A stretch of DNA of 35,105 nucleotides from a virus (lineage: Duplodnaviria > Caudoviricetes), in the IMG/VR virus record IMGVR_UViG_3300033076_000113, positions 1 to 35,105 of that record. One strand, 5' to 3'. A model generated the notes under the pieces. That model did not search any database. It had not been told where the DNA came from and saw nothing but the letters and a program-made list of their open reading frames with translations. A program made the translations under genes and the position numbers. Shown here piece after piece: positions 1-8,446 of the stretch; the first letter of the stretch is position 1, and every line of letters begins with the position of its first letter.

Positions 1-303
1 AAGGTGAAGGATAAGGTAGTCGCTATCCTCAAGCAGGAGGGTGCCTACTACTTCTTTCCCGCAACCCATGGCTTTGGACGCAGCGGCGTGCCCGATGTGG
101 TGGCCTGTGTGAACGGCTACTTCCTCGCCATTGAGTGCAAGGCTGGGAAGAACAAGCCGACTGCCCTGCAAATCCGTGAGATCGAGAACATCCGTCACGC
201 TGGCGGCGTAGCCGTAGTGGTGAACGAGACCAACTGGGACATGCTCCCCGAGCTTGTCCGCAAGCTCAAGCGGGGCACTTCTATCATAGATAAGCTTCTG
301 TAG
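1..303 (+). CDS. VRR-NUC domain nuclease (5' truncated by window edge)
   Basis: GRSGVPDVVAC...FLAIECKAGKNKPTALQ PD-(D/E)xK motif typical of phage VRR-NUC; frame is open from base 1. Confidence 0.9.
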   Translation, partial: KVKDKVVAILKQEGAYYFFPATHGFGRSGVPDVVACVNGYFLAIECKAGKNKPTALQIREIENIRHAGGVAVVVNETNWDMLPELVRKLKRGTSIIDKLL

Positions 304-313
304 GAGACGAGTG

Positions 314-496
314 ATGCGTAAGTTTTTGACCGGCCTGATCGCGGGCCTCGCACTGGGCACTGTCGTGCCAGCGGCTGCTGCTACGTTGGTAGGTGGCACC
401 GGCTACCTGACGGGCTGGACCGTCACCAAGGATGGCGATGAGATTTGCTACATGCCCTACGTCTGGACCAGCATCCGCGAGATCGAGTGCGACTGA
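314..496 (+). CDS. small exported/membrane protein
   Basis: AGGAG RBS at 302-306; MRKF plus hydrophobic stretch and AxA-like cleavage site; two Cys. Confidence 0.7.
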   Translation: MRKFLTGLIAGLALGTVVPAAAATLVGGTGYLTGWTVTKDGDEICYMPYVWTSIREIECD

Positions 497-621
497 TGCG
501 TAAGTGGATGGCGCTGCTGTTCTTGGGGCTGATCGGCGCGGCGAGTTACGTCAAGCTGGCGCAGCGCGATCCAGAAGATGATGGCTGGGGCGACCTTGGC
601 CCTGACTGGTGGGACCTCTGA
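496..621 (+). CDS. 41-aa single-TM peptide (not in ORF track)
   Basis: TGATG coupling at both ends; MRKWMALLFLGLIGAASYVKLAQRDPEDDGWGDLGPDWWDL. Confidence 0.65.
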   Translation: MRKWMALLFLGLIGAASYVKLAQRDPEDDGWGDLGPDWWDL

Positions 622-899
622 TGGCTATTAGTCGTGCCCGTATGGGCGACACGATCCGCCGTGTCTTAGTAGACGACCCAGTCTTATCCAACGATGGCCT
701 CCGCAGCTTCGCTGTCTGGACCCGGCGAGACTTCGCCAAGGATGAGGTGGTAGTCACCAAGATCGAAGAGTTTGACCCGACTATTCTCTACCCGCCTGAG
801 ATGAGCGGCGTGGTGCGGGCCAAGGATGAACTAGACGCATGGTCCTTTGTGGACCGGCTTAATCGGGAGCGAGACTATTATGACCGACTACGGGACTGA
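621..899 (+). CDS. hypothetical protein
   Basis: ATG overlaps upstream TGA; codon usage like neighbouring genes. Confidence 0.65.
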   Translation: MAISRARMGDTIRRVLVDDPVLSNDGLRSFAVWTRRDFAKDEVVVTKIEEFDPTILYPPEMSGVVRAKDELDAWSFVDRLNRERDYYDRLRD

Positions 900-1203
900 T
901 GCACACGAACTGTATCGGAGCGATGACCCTGATACGAGCGCAGAGGCTGCACACAGCATCGACAGCACCAAGCTGGAGAAGATGGTCCATGAGGCTATCC
1001 ATGCCTATGGGCGTAACGGCTGCATCGCCGCCGACCTGCTGAACAAATACGACTACCTTCCTTACTCCAGTGTGACCGCCCGCTTCGCTGCGCTTGAGCG
1101 CAAGGGCTACATCACCTGCGGGCCGGACAAGCGGCGCGGTCCGTCTGGGCGCAACCAGCGGGTTATGCGGGCTGGCGAGTACAAGATCGGAAAGACCCAG
1201 TGA
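880..1203 (+). CDS. putative winged-helix DNA-binding protein
   Basis: GGAG RBS; RSDDPDTSAEAA and SSVTARFAALERKGYI...RGPSGRNQRV resemble a common phage wHTH family. Confidence 0.7.
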   Translation: MTDYGTDAHELYRSDDPDTSAEAAHSIDSTKLEKMVHEAIHAYGRNGCIAADLLNKYDYLPYSSVTARFAALERKGYITCGPDKRRGPSGRNQRVMRAGEYKIGKTQ

Positions 1204-3020
1204 ACGTCATCACCGTAGACTTCGAGACCTTCTACGACCGGCACTTCTCGCTCTCGAAGATGACGACCGAGGAGTATATCCGCGACGAGTTGTTTGAGGT
1301 TATCGGCGTAGCTGTAAAGGTGGGTGACGGGGAGACCCAGTGGTTCTCCGGCCCCAAGGCGCAGACCAAGCGGTGGCTGGAGCAGTTTGACTGGGCGAAC
1401 AGCATAGCTGTGGCGCACAATGCCATGTTCGACATGGCGATCCTGAACTGGCACTTCGACATCCGCCCCAAGCGCATCGCTGACACGCTGTCCATGCTGC
1501 GCGCACTGGACGGGCCAGACGCTGGCAACAGCCTCGCCAAGGCAGCCGAGCGGTATGGGCTGGGGGTGAAGGGCGACGAGGTGGTCAACGCGCTTGGTAA
1601 GGGGCGCATCGACTTCACGCCCGAAGAGCTACACCGCTACGCGCAATACTGCATCAACGATGTGGACCTGACCTACGACCTGTTTAACCGCATCGCAGTT
1701 GGCTTCCCGGCAATCGAGTTTCGCCTGATCGACCTGACGCTGCGGATGTTCACTGAGCCAGTGCTGACGCTCGACGCTACCATCCTGCGGGACCACCTCT
1801 CCGAGGTGCAGCGCAAGAAGAACGAGCTACTGGGCAAAGCGCTCATCTCCAAGGACAACCTGATGTCCAACGGCCAGTTGGCCGAGACGCTGCGCGATCT
1901 TGGGGTAGAGCCGCCGACCAAGATTAGCCCGACTACGGGCAAGGAGACCTATGCCTTTGCGAAGAACGACGAGGCGTTCAAGGCGCTGCTGGAGCATGAG
2001 AACCCTATCGTTCAGGCGATTGTGGCGGCGCGTCTGGGTGTCAAGTCTACGCTGGAAGAGACGCGCACTGAGCGGTTCATCCGGATTGCTGAGCGCGGGA
2101 CCCTGCCCATCCCCCTACGTTACTATGCGGCCCACACGGGACGCTGGGGCGGAGACGACAAGGTAAACATGCAGAACCTCCCCCGGAAGTCGCCACTGAA
2201 GAAGGCGATCCGGGCACCAGAGGGCTATACCTTTATCGACTGCGACTCCTCGCAGATCGAAGCGCGAACCTTGGCGTGGCTGGCTGGGCAGGACGACCTC
2301 GTTGCGGCGTTCGACCGGGGTGAGGACGTTTACAAGATCATGGCCTCCGCCATCTACGGCGTGCCGGTGGACGAGGTGACGGACGACCAGCGGTTCGTGG
2401 GTAAGACCACGATCCTTGGCTGCGGCTATGGGATGGGGGCTGCCAAGTTCCAAGCGCAGTTGCTGACGTTCGGCGTCAAGATGGACCTCGACGAGTGCAA
2501 GCGCATCATTAGCGTTTACCGGGAGACCTACCCCATGATCCCGAAGCTGTGGCGGGCTGCGGGTGACGCGCTAGACGCAATGGCGAACAACCAGACCGCG
2601 CCGCTTGGCCGGGACGGAGTGCTTGTGGTCGAGGGCCGGGAAGGCATCCGGCTACCCAACACGCTGCGTCTACGCTACGAGAACCTGCGCTGGGTGCAGA
2701 CCCCAGAGGGCAAGTCCGAGATGGTCTACGACCAGAAGAAGGGCCGCGCCATCCTCACGACCCGCATCTATGGCGGGAAGTGCGTCGAGAACATCTGCCA
2801 AGCCTTGGCCCGTATCGTGATCGGGGAGCAGATGCTGATGGTCGCACGGCGTTTGCGCGTGGTGATGACGGTCCATGACGCGGTAGGGAGCATTGCTCCT
2901 ACTGAAGAAGCAGAAGACGCGAGACTTTTCGTTGAGCAGTGCATGCGCATCCGCCCCAAGTGGTCGGCCCTGCTGCCGCTGAACTGTGAGAGCAAGATGG
3001 GAGCAAGCTATGGCGGATAA
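1200..3020 (+). CDS. polA: DNA polymerase family A with 3'-5' exonuclease
   Basis: Exo motifs DFET, AHNAMFD, YCINDV; HTGRWGG; motif A DSSQIEAR; motif B RFVGKTTILGCGYG; motif C TVHDA. Confidence 0.97.
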   Translation: MNVITVDFETFYDRHFSLSKMTTEEYIRDELFEVIGVAVKVGDGETQWFSGPKAQTKRWLEQFDWANSIAVAHNAMFDMAILNWHFDIRPKRIADTLSMLRALDGPDAGNSLAKAAERYGLGVKGDEVVNALGKGRIDFTPEELHRYAQYCINDVDLTYDLFNRIAVGFPAIEFRLIDLTLRMFTEPVLTLDATILRDHLSEVQRKKNELLGKALISKDNLMSNGQLAETLRDLGVEPPTKISPTTGKETYAFAKNDEAFKALLEHENPIVQAIVAARLGVKSTLEETRTERFIRIAERGTLPIPLRYYAAHTGRWGGDDKVNMQNLPRKSPLKKAIRAPEGYTFIDCDSSQIEARTLAWLAGQDDLVAAFDRGEDVYKIMASAIYGVPVDEVTDDQRFVGKTTILGCGYGMGAAKFQAQLLTFGVKMDLDECKRIISVYRETYPMIPKLWRAAGDALDAMANNQTAPLGRDGVLVVEGREGIRLPNTLRLRYENLRWVQTPEGKSEMVYDQKKGRAILTTRIYGGKCVENICQALARIVIGEQMLMVARRLRVVMTVHDAVGSIAPTEEAEDARLFVEQCMRIRPKWSALLPLNCESKMGASYGG

Positions 3021-3453
3021 TATACACCCAGTGGTCGAGCTACTGGCAGCCCGGATGGAGAGCCACCCGGAGGAGTTTAAGTTCCACAACGGCAGCAGCC
3101 TCGCGATCACCGGGCGTTGGGAGACTTGGATCAACCAACTTGGCTGGTACTTCAACGAGGCTGAGAAGGAACTGATCTACGGCAAAGCCAAGGAGCTAAT
3201 CTTCCAGCGCGTCCACGAAGAGGTGCTGGACGAGCTACTCAACGGTGAGGAGCGCCGCGCCGAGGAGCGCCGCCAGCGGAAAGAGGCTGAGGAGCGGATG
3301 ATGGCTCAGGTGCAACAAGCTGCCCTTCAACCGGGCCAGTATGCGCAGGTGCAAAGCCTAGGTGCGCTTCAAAGCGCGGGTACCATCCGGCTTGGCAGCG
3401 AGACCATCGACGAGGGCATGCTTAAGCAAATCAAAAGGAAACTAGGGCTATGA
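3010..3453 (+). CDS. hypothetical protein with coiled coil
   Basis: GGAG RBS at 3000; overlaps pol stop; ATGA coupling to next gene. Confidence 0.75.
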   Translation: MADNIHPVVELLAARMESHPEEFKFHNGSSLAITGRWETWINQLGWYFNEAEKELIYGKAKELIFQRVHEEVLDELLNGEERRAEERRQRKEAEERMMAQVQQAALQPGQYAQVQSLGALQSAGTIRLGSETIDEGMLKQIKRKLGL

Positions 3454-4121
3454 GCGAATATCAATTCACCAAAGACTGGTTCAACTGGGCACCGGAGGTC
3501 TGGCAGCAGCTTATCCCGCACCTGCCGGAGCGCAAGTCGTTCCTTGAGATCGGCTCGTTCGAGGGCCGCAGTGCGGTCTGGATCATCGAGAACATGATGA
3601 ACCCCGGCGATTGGATCGACTGCGTTGATACGTGGCAAGGTGGCGAGGAGCATGGCGACGAAGACATGTACGCCGTGGAAGCCCGGTTCGACCACAACAT
3701 CATTAAGGCGCTCAACTGCCAGTCAGCGGATCATCGTAGCCGCGAAGGTAGCTGGGGGCATACCCGGTTCGCCAGCCCCGGCTCAGACGCAGAGAACAAC
3801 CGCGTCTACAAGTACAAGAGCACGTCCACCGAGTTTCTGGGACGCAAGCTGGCGCACTGGGTAGACGGCAAGAACCTCTACGACTTCATCTATATCGACG
3901 GGAGCCACACGGCCCCTGATGTTCTGACTGACGCTTGCATGGCTTGGCCGCTGCTCAAGCCCAAGGGGATGATGGTGTTCGACGATTACATGTGGGGCAA
4001 CCCGCGTGACATCCTCCACCGCCCCAAGCCCGCCATCGACGCCTTCTGCAACCTGTTCGCAGAGACGGCTGAGATCGTCCACGTTGGCTATCAACTGGTC
4101 GTACGCAAGAAGGGAGAGTGA
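3450..4121 (+). CDS. class I SAM-dependent methyltransferase (Methyltransf_24-like)
   Basis: FLEIGSFEGRS, CVDTW, DFIYIDGSH, LKPKGMMVFDDY motifs. Confidence 0.9.
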   Translation: MSEYQFTKDWFNWAPEVWQQLIPHLPERKSFLEIGSFEGRSAVWIIENMMNPGDWIDCVDTWQGGEEHGDEDMYAVEARFDHNIIKALNCQSADHRSREGSWGHTRFASPGSDAENNRVYKYKSTSTEFLGRKLAHWVDGKNLYDFIYIDGSHTAPDVLTDACMAWPLLKPKGMMVFDDYMWGNPRDILHRPKPAIDAFCNLFAETAEIVHVGYQLVVRKKGE

Positions 4122-4122
4122 C

Positions 4123-4308
4123 ATGATTGATCCATTGAGTGCAGCCCTTGGGGTGTTCGTGGGTGCATGTGTCGGTGTCGTGTTCGGCACGATCCGCACC
4201 GGCAAGGTGATCGACGAGCTTAGGGAAGAGAACGCAGCACTGGCATCCCGGCTGCGCCGTCTGACTACCCGTGGTCCGGGTGGTAAGTTCGTCAAGGTTA
4301 ATAAGTGA
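4123..4308 (+). CDS. small membrane protein
   Basis: GGGAG RBS; N-terminal TM helix followed by short coiled coil. Confidence 0.7.
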   Translation: MIDPLSAALGVFVGACVGVVFGTIRTGKVIDELREENAALASRLRRLTTRGPGGKFVKVNK

Positions 4309-4463
4309 CCTACGACCCGCGAAACGGGCCACCGGACAAATGGCTGAACGAGTGGAACGAACGCTCCAAGGCTCGTCTGGTGGCCTTGGGGGTAATGAAA
4401 CCAGAACCTAATTATGGGGAGGGGGTACCCGAAGACATCAAAGCATTTCTGGAGAAGATATGA
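4305..4463 (+). CDS. 52-aa hypothetical protein (not in ORF track)
   Basis: GTGA overlap upstream and ATGA overlap downstream; MTYDPRNGPPDKWLNEW...AFLEKI. Confidence 0.6.
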   Translation: MTYDPRNGPPDKWLNEWNERSKARLVALGVMKPEPNYGEGVPEDIKAFLEKI

Positions 4464-4636
4464 GCCACCGAGTTTTAAACGCTGAACGCATGACTTGGAC
4501 CCCAGCCGCTGACGCTAAGCTGCTACACCTATTTGCGCAGGGGTTAAACAAGATCGACGTCGCCCGAGAGATGGGTGCGTCAATCTCCGCCGTCGAGGCG
4601 CGGTATCGAAAGGTTAGGAATACACATGTCGGATGA
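4460..4636 (+). CDS. 58-aa GcrA-N/Myb-like HTH protein (not in ORF track)
   Basis: GGAGAAG RBS; MTWTPAADAKLLHLFAQGLNKIDVAREMGASISAVEARYRK matches the WT..L..L...G.....IA..LG....AV HTH pattern. Confidence 0.7.
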   Translation: MSHRVLNAERMTWTPAADAKLLHLFAQGLNKIDVAREMGASISAVEARYRKVRNTHVG

Positions 4637-5402
4637 GATTAAGGTGAAACCTGTGGAGCAGAAGCGCCCATCGCTGATGATCGCTACTCCCATGTACGGT
4701 GGTATGTGCACGGGCACCTATGTGCAGGGGTTGCTCTTTACCATGCAGAAAATGCGTGAGGTGGGTGTCAACGTGGCATGGTGCCAGATCATGAACGAGA
4801 GCCTCATCACCCGTGCCCGCAACGAACTGGCCCGTGTGTTTCTTGAGAGCGACCACGACTACCTGATGTTCATCGACGCTGACATCGGGTTCAACGGTGA
4901 GTCCATCCTCCAGCTTATGACTGCGGACAAGGACGTGGCTTGCGGCATCTACCCCAAGAAGGAAGTCAACTGGGATAGCGTAAAGCGCGCTGCACTCGCA
5001 GGTAAGCAGGACCTTGACGACCATGCCGGGGCATTCGTGTTCAACATGGTTGGGGGTGATGCTGAGACTGACGAGCACGGGTTCTTCGAGGTGCGCCATG
5101 GCGGCACCGGGTTCATGCTCATCAAGCGCGGGGTGTTCGAGCACCTCAAGCCACATGTGCCGACCTACCGGACCAATTCGTTCCAGAACCCAGACGGCAC
5201 TTACCAGAAGCCGCTGACCCATGAGTTCTTCGCTACGTCTATCGACGCATCCGGAGCGCTCCTGTCGGAAGACTACCACTTCTGCGAACTGGTGCGGGAG
5301 CATGGGGGCAGCATCTGGGCCAACCCGTTCATCCGCTTGACCCACACCGGAACCTACGTGTTCGACGGTGACATCCTGAAGTCCGGAGGCAATCTGAAAT
5401 GA
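4626..5402 (+). CDS. GT-A fold glycosyltransferase-like protein
   Basis: IATPMYGG, ESLITRARN, MFIDADIGF (DxD), GTGFMLIKR, LSEDYHFC. Confidence 0.85.
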   Translation: MSDEIKVKPVEQKRPSLMIATPMYGGMCTGTYVQGLLFTMQKMREVGVNVAWCQIMNESLITRARNELARVFLESDHDYLMFIDADIGFNGESILQLMTADKDVACGIYPKKEVNWDSVKRAALAGKQDLDDHAGAFVFNMVGGDAETDEHGFFEVRHGGTGFMLIKRGVFEHLKPHVPTYRTNSFQNPDGTYQKPLTHEFFATSIDASGALLSEDYHFCELVREHGGSIWANPFIRLTHTGTYVFDGDILKSGGNLK

Positions 5403-5668
5403 CCGATGTAACTGAAGTACTCGAAGAGCGTGGCAGCAGGTACGGCTCCTTTAAGGGGCACGCCGATATAACCCAGAAGCTCAAGCACGTGATGGGGCGT
5501 GGGGATAGCTGGCACAAGCTGGCCCCCGACCAGAAGGAAGCTCTCGACATGATCGCCCATAAGATCGGACGCATCGTTAACGGAGACCCTGACTACGCCG
5601 ATAGCTGGATCGACATCGCCGGGTACGCCAAGTTGGTGGCTGACCGGCTAGAAGGAACGGTGCGGTGA
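5399..5668 (+). CDS. DUF6378-like protein
   Basis: ERGSRYG...MIAHKIGRIVNGD...DSWIDIAGYA signature. Confidence 0.8.
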   Translation: MTDVTEVLEERGSRYGSFKGHADITQKLKHVMGRGDSWHKLAPDQKEALDMIAHKIGRIVNGDPDYADSWIDIAGYAKLVADRLEGTVR

Positions 5669-5874
5669 AACTGCCCGACGAGCTACGGGAGGTCCTCGAT
5701 AAGACGGGCCTCCCATGGGAGGTCGAGGTGGGGAAAAAACACAACAAAGTAAAGCTGGCAGGACGGCTCGTTGCAGTGTATCCCCATGGTAAGGCGCAGG
5801 AGCGGTATCGCCGTGCGCTGCTCAACACCATAACCCAAGTGCGCCGCACGGCGCGGGAGCTACGACCCTCATGA
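5665..5874 (+). CDS. small basic protein, possibly HicA-like fold
   Basis: GTGA/ATGA coupling; WEVEVGKKHNKV G-x-x-H turn followed by strands and C-terminal helix. Confidence 0.6.
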   Translation: MKLPDELREVLDKTGLPWEVEVGKKHNKVKLAGRLVAVYPHGKAQERYRRALLNTITQVRRTARELRPS

Positions 5875-6542
5875 CCGCTTGGTCCTACAGCAGCATCAAG
5901 ACCTTCGACCAGTGCCCCAAGAAGTACTTCCACCTCAAGGTGGTCAAGGACGTCAAGGATGACCCCGGTGAGGCCGCTGTCTATGGGACCGAGGTGCATG
6001 AGGCAGCCGAACTGTACATCAAGGACGGCACGCCGATCCCCAACAAGTTTGCCTTCATGCGCCCCATCGTGGAGCCGCTGGCAGCTAAGCCGGGTGAGAA
6101 GCTGACCGAGATGAAGCTGGGCCTCAAGAAGATCGAGGATGGCTACGAGGCTTGCGGGTTCTTCGACAAGGACGTTTGGTACCGGGGCATCGTGGACCTT
6201 CTGATCCTCGATGGCGACCGGGCTTGGATGATCGACTACAAGACCGGGAAGAACGCCAAGTACGCCGACATGAAGCAGCTTGACCTTATGGCTGGTGCGC
6301 TATTCGTAAAGTACCCGGACCTGAAGGTCATCAAGTCGGCGCTGGCCTACGTGGTCAGCCACGAGTTTCCGAAGAAGACCCACAAACGCGAGAACCTGAA
6401 CGAGTACCTATCGGTGTTCGATAATCAGTTGGATCGGTTGGAAGCCGCCATGGAAAATGGTATATGGAACCCAGTGTCGTCTGGCCTGTGCCCATGGTGC
6501 CCAGTGACCACCTGTGAGAACTGGCGACCGAGGAGGAAGTAA
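5871..6542 (+). CDS. PD-(D/E)xK Cas4-like exonuclease
   Basis: WSYSS...CP, GTEVH, GIVDL, IDYKTGK, QL..A, C-terminal CPWCPVTTC. Confidence 0.9.
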   Translation: MTAWSYSSIKTFDQCPKKYFHLKVVKDVKDDPGEAAVYGTEVHEAAELYIKDGTPIPNKFAFMRPIVEPLAAKPGEKLTEMKLGLKKIEDGYEACGFFDKDVWYRGIVDLLILDGDRAWMIDYKTGKNAKYADMKQLDLMAGALFVKYPDLKVIKSALAYVVSHEFPKKTHKRENLNEYLSVFDNQLDRLEAAMENGIWNPVSSGLCPWCPVTTCENWRPRRK

Positions 6543-6832
6543 TGGCCCGCAACTACCGCGAAGAGTACGACCGCTACCAAGGTCGGCCAGAGCAGATCAA
6601 GAACCGGGCGCAGCGCAACGCTGCCCGTGCCAAGATGATGAAGAAGGGCAAGGTTCACAAGGGCGATGGTAAGGACGTTGCCCACGTCAAGGCTATCGAC
6701 AAGGGCGGCTCGATCAAGGACGGCCTCCGAGTTGAGAGCAAGTCCACCAACCGCTCGTTCCGCAGGGACAGCAAAGGTAACCTCGTGAGTGAGACGAGCA
6801 AGCGCGAACGCGTCCGTAAGAAGATTAAGTAG
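6542..6832 (+). CDS. HNH-type endonuclease-like protein
   Basis: GAGGAGG RBS; GDGKDVAHVKAIDKGGS...LRVESKSTNRS. Confidence 0.8.
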   Translation: MARNYREEYDRYQGRPEQIKNRAQRNAARAKMMKKGKVHKGDGKDVAHVKAIDKGGSIKDGLRVESKSTNRSFRRDSKGNLVSETSKRERVRKKIK

Positions 6833-6853
6833 TACACCACTAGGAGCAAACTG

Positions 6854-8395
6854 GTGCAGATTATCGACAACAAAGCCCTCCTCTTGGAGGTGGCTGACCC
6901 CTCTGTGGTTACTGACCACATCCACAATAGCGCCGCAGTTAAGGAAGGCGTGGTTGTCAAATGGGGACACACTGAGACGGAAATCCTAGCCAAGCTGGGG
7001 TTCGAGGCTCCCTCGCCCATGCTCAAGTCCTACGAGTGGACGGGTAAGCTCACGCCCTTTGAACACCAGAAGACCACGGCATCATTCCTCTCGATCCGGC
7101 GCAGGGCTTTCTGCTTCAACGAGCAGGGCACTGGCAAGACGGCCAGCGTCATCTGGGCAGCCGATTACCTCATGAAGCGTGGGCTGGTGAAGCGCGTGCT
7201 GGTGCTGTGCCCCCTGTCGATCATGAAGTCGGCGTGGCAGCAGGACCTGTTTAAGTTCGCCATGCACCGGTCGTGCAGCGTGGCACACGGGACCGCCAAG
7301 CAGCGCGAGAAGATCATCAACGCAGGGGCTGAGTTCGTCATCATCAACTTCGACGGGCTGGCTATCGTGAAGGACCAGATTATCGCTGGTGGGTTCGACC
7401 TGATCGTGATCGACGAGGCCAACGCCTACAAGAACGCGCAGACCAACCGCTGGGGTGTCCTCAACAAGATCGTCAAAGAGACTGACCCGCGTCTGTGGTT
7501 GCTTACTGGTACGCCAGCAGCACAGTCCCCACTGGACGCTTACGGCCTCGCCAAGCTGGCCGACACGCCGAACTGCCCCAAGTACTACGGTCAGTACCGC
7601 GACAAGGTGATGATGAAGGTCACTACGTTTAAGTGGGTGCCCAAGGCCAACGCGCAGGACGTGGTGCATAGCATCCTCCAGCCAGCCATCCGGTTCGAGA
7701 AGAAGGACTGCCTCGACCTACCGGAGGTTACCCATATTGAAAGAGAGGCACCGCTCACGCCGCAGCAGGCTAAGTACTACGCCCAGTTGAAGAGCCAGAT
7801 GCTGATCGAGGCATCGGGCGAAGAGGTCAGCGCGGTCAACGCAGCGACCAAGATCAACAAGCTGCTCCAGATCAGCGGAGGCGCAGTCTACACGGACGAA
7901 GGCTCGGTGCTGGAGTTCGACGTCTCCAACCGCCTGAACGTGGTCATGGAAGTGATCGAGGAAGCCAGCAACAAAGTGCTGGTGTTCGTGCCGTTCACCC
8001 ATACCATCGAGCTTCTGCGGGCCAAACTGGAGAAGGCAGGGATCACCTGCGACGTCATCAACGGTAAGGTGCCAGTTAATCGGCGCTCGGAGATCGTCCA
8101 GCGGTTCCAGACCCACAAGGACCCCCATGTCCTGATTATCCAGCCACAGGCAGCCTCTCACGGCCTTACCCTTACGGCGGCAGACACAATCATCTGGTAC
8201 GCCCCGGTCACCAGCGTGGAGACTTATCTACAGGCAAATGCCCGTATCAACCGCCCGGGCCAGAAGAATGCTATGACCGTGGTCCACATCCGTGGCAGCG
8301 AGGTCGAGGAGCGCCTCTACCGGATGCTGCAAAACAACATTGAGAACCACGAGAAAATTATCGACCTCTACCGTCAAGAACTTGACATTGTATAA
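6854..8395 (+). CDS. SNF2-family helicase
   Basis: EQGTGKT, IDEA, LLTGTP, HGLTLT, QANARINRPGQ motifs; AGGAG RBS. Confidence 0.95.
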   Translation: MQIIDNKALLLEVADPSVVTDHIHNSAAVKEGVVVKWGHTETEILAKLGFEAPSPMLKSYEWTGKLTPFEHQKTTASFLSIRRRAFCFNEQGTGKTASVIWAADYLMKRGLVKRVLVLCPLSIMKSAWQQDLFKFAMHRSCSVAHGTAKQREKIINAGAEFVIINFDGLAIVKDQIIAGGFDLIVIDEANAYKNAQTNRWGVLNKIVKETDPRLWLLTGTPAAQSPLDAYGLAKLADTPNCPKYYGQYRDKVMMKVTTFKWVPKANAQDVVHSILQPAIRFEKKDCLDLPEVTHIEREAPLTPQQAKYYAQLKSQMLIEASGEEVSAVNAATKINKLLQISGGAVYTDEGSVLEFDVSNRLNVVMEVIEEASNKVLVFVPFTHTIELLRAKLEKAGITCDVINGKVPVNRRSEIVQRFQTHKDPHVLIIQPQAASHGLTLTAADTIIWYAPVTSVETYLQANARINRPGQKNAMTVVHIRGSEVEERLYRMLQNNIENHEKIIDLYRQELDIV

Positions 8396-8410
8396 TAGAA
8401 GGAGTAGAGC
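8382..8410 (+). promoter_or_regulatory. putative sigma70-type promoter
   Basis: TTGACA (8382-8387), 17 bp, TAGAGC (8405-8410) in an AT-rich gap upstream of the SSB/primase block. Confidence 0.5.
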
Positions 8411-8417
8411 AGGGATC

Positions 8418-8431
8418 GTGGCGCAAGCCAC
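8418..8431 (+). other. GNRA tetraloop leader hairpin
   Basis: GTGGC-GCAA-GCCAC immediately upstream of the AAGGAG RBS. Confidence 0.55.
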
Positions 8432-8446
8432 ATGAAGGAGCAACTT

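Noticed and set aside
5871-6542. Cas4-like gene as CRISPR evidence
   Set aside because: No repeat-spacer array or other cas genes seen; solo Cas4-like nucleases are common in phages
8382-8396. TTGACA and TATAAT as a perfect promoter pair
   Set aside because: Only 3 bp apart, so they cannot act together as -35/-10
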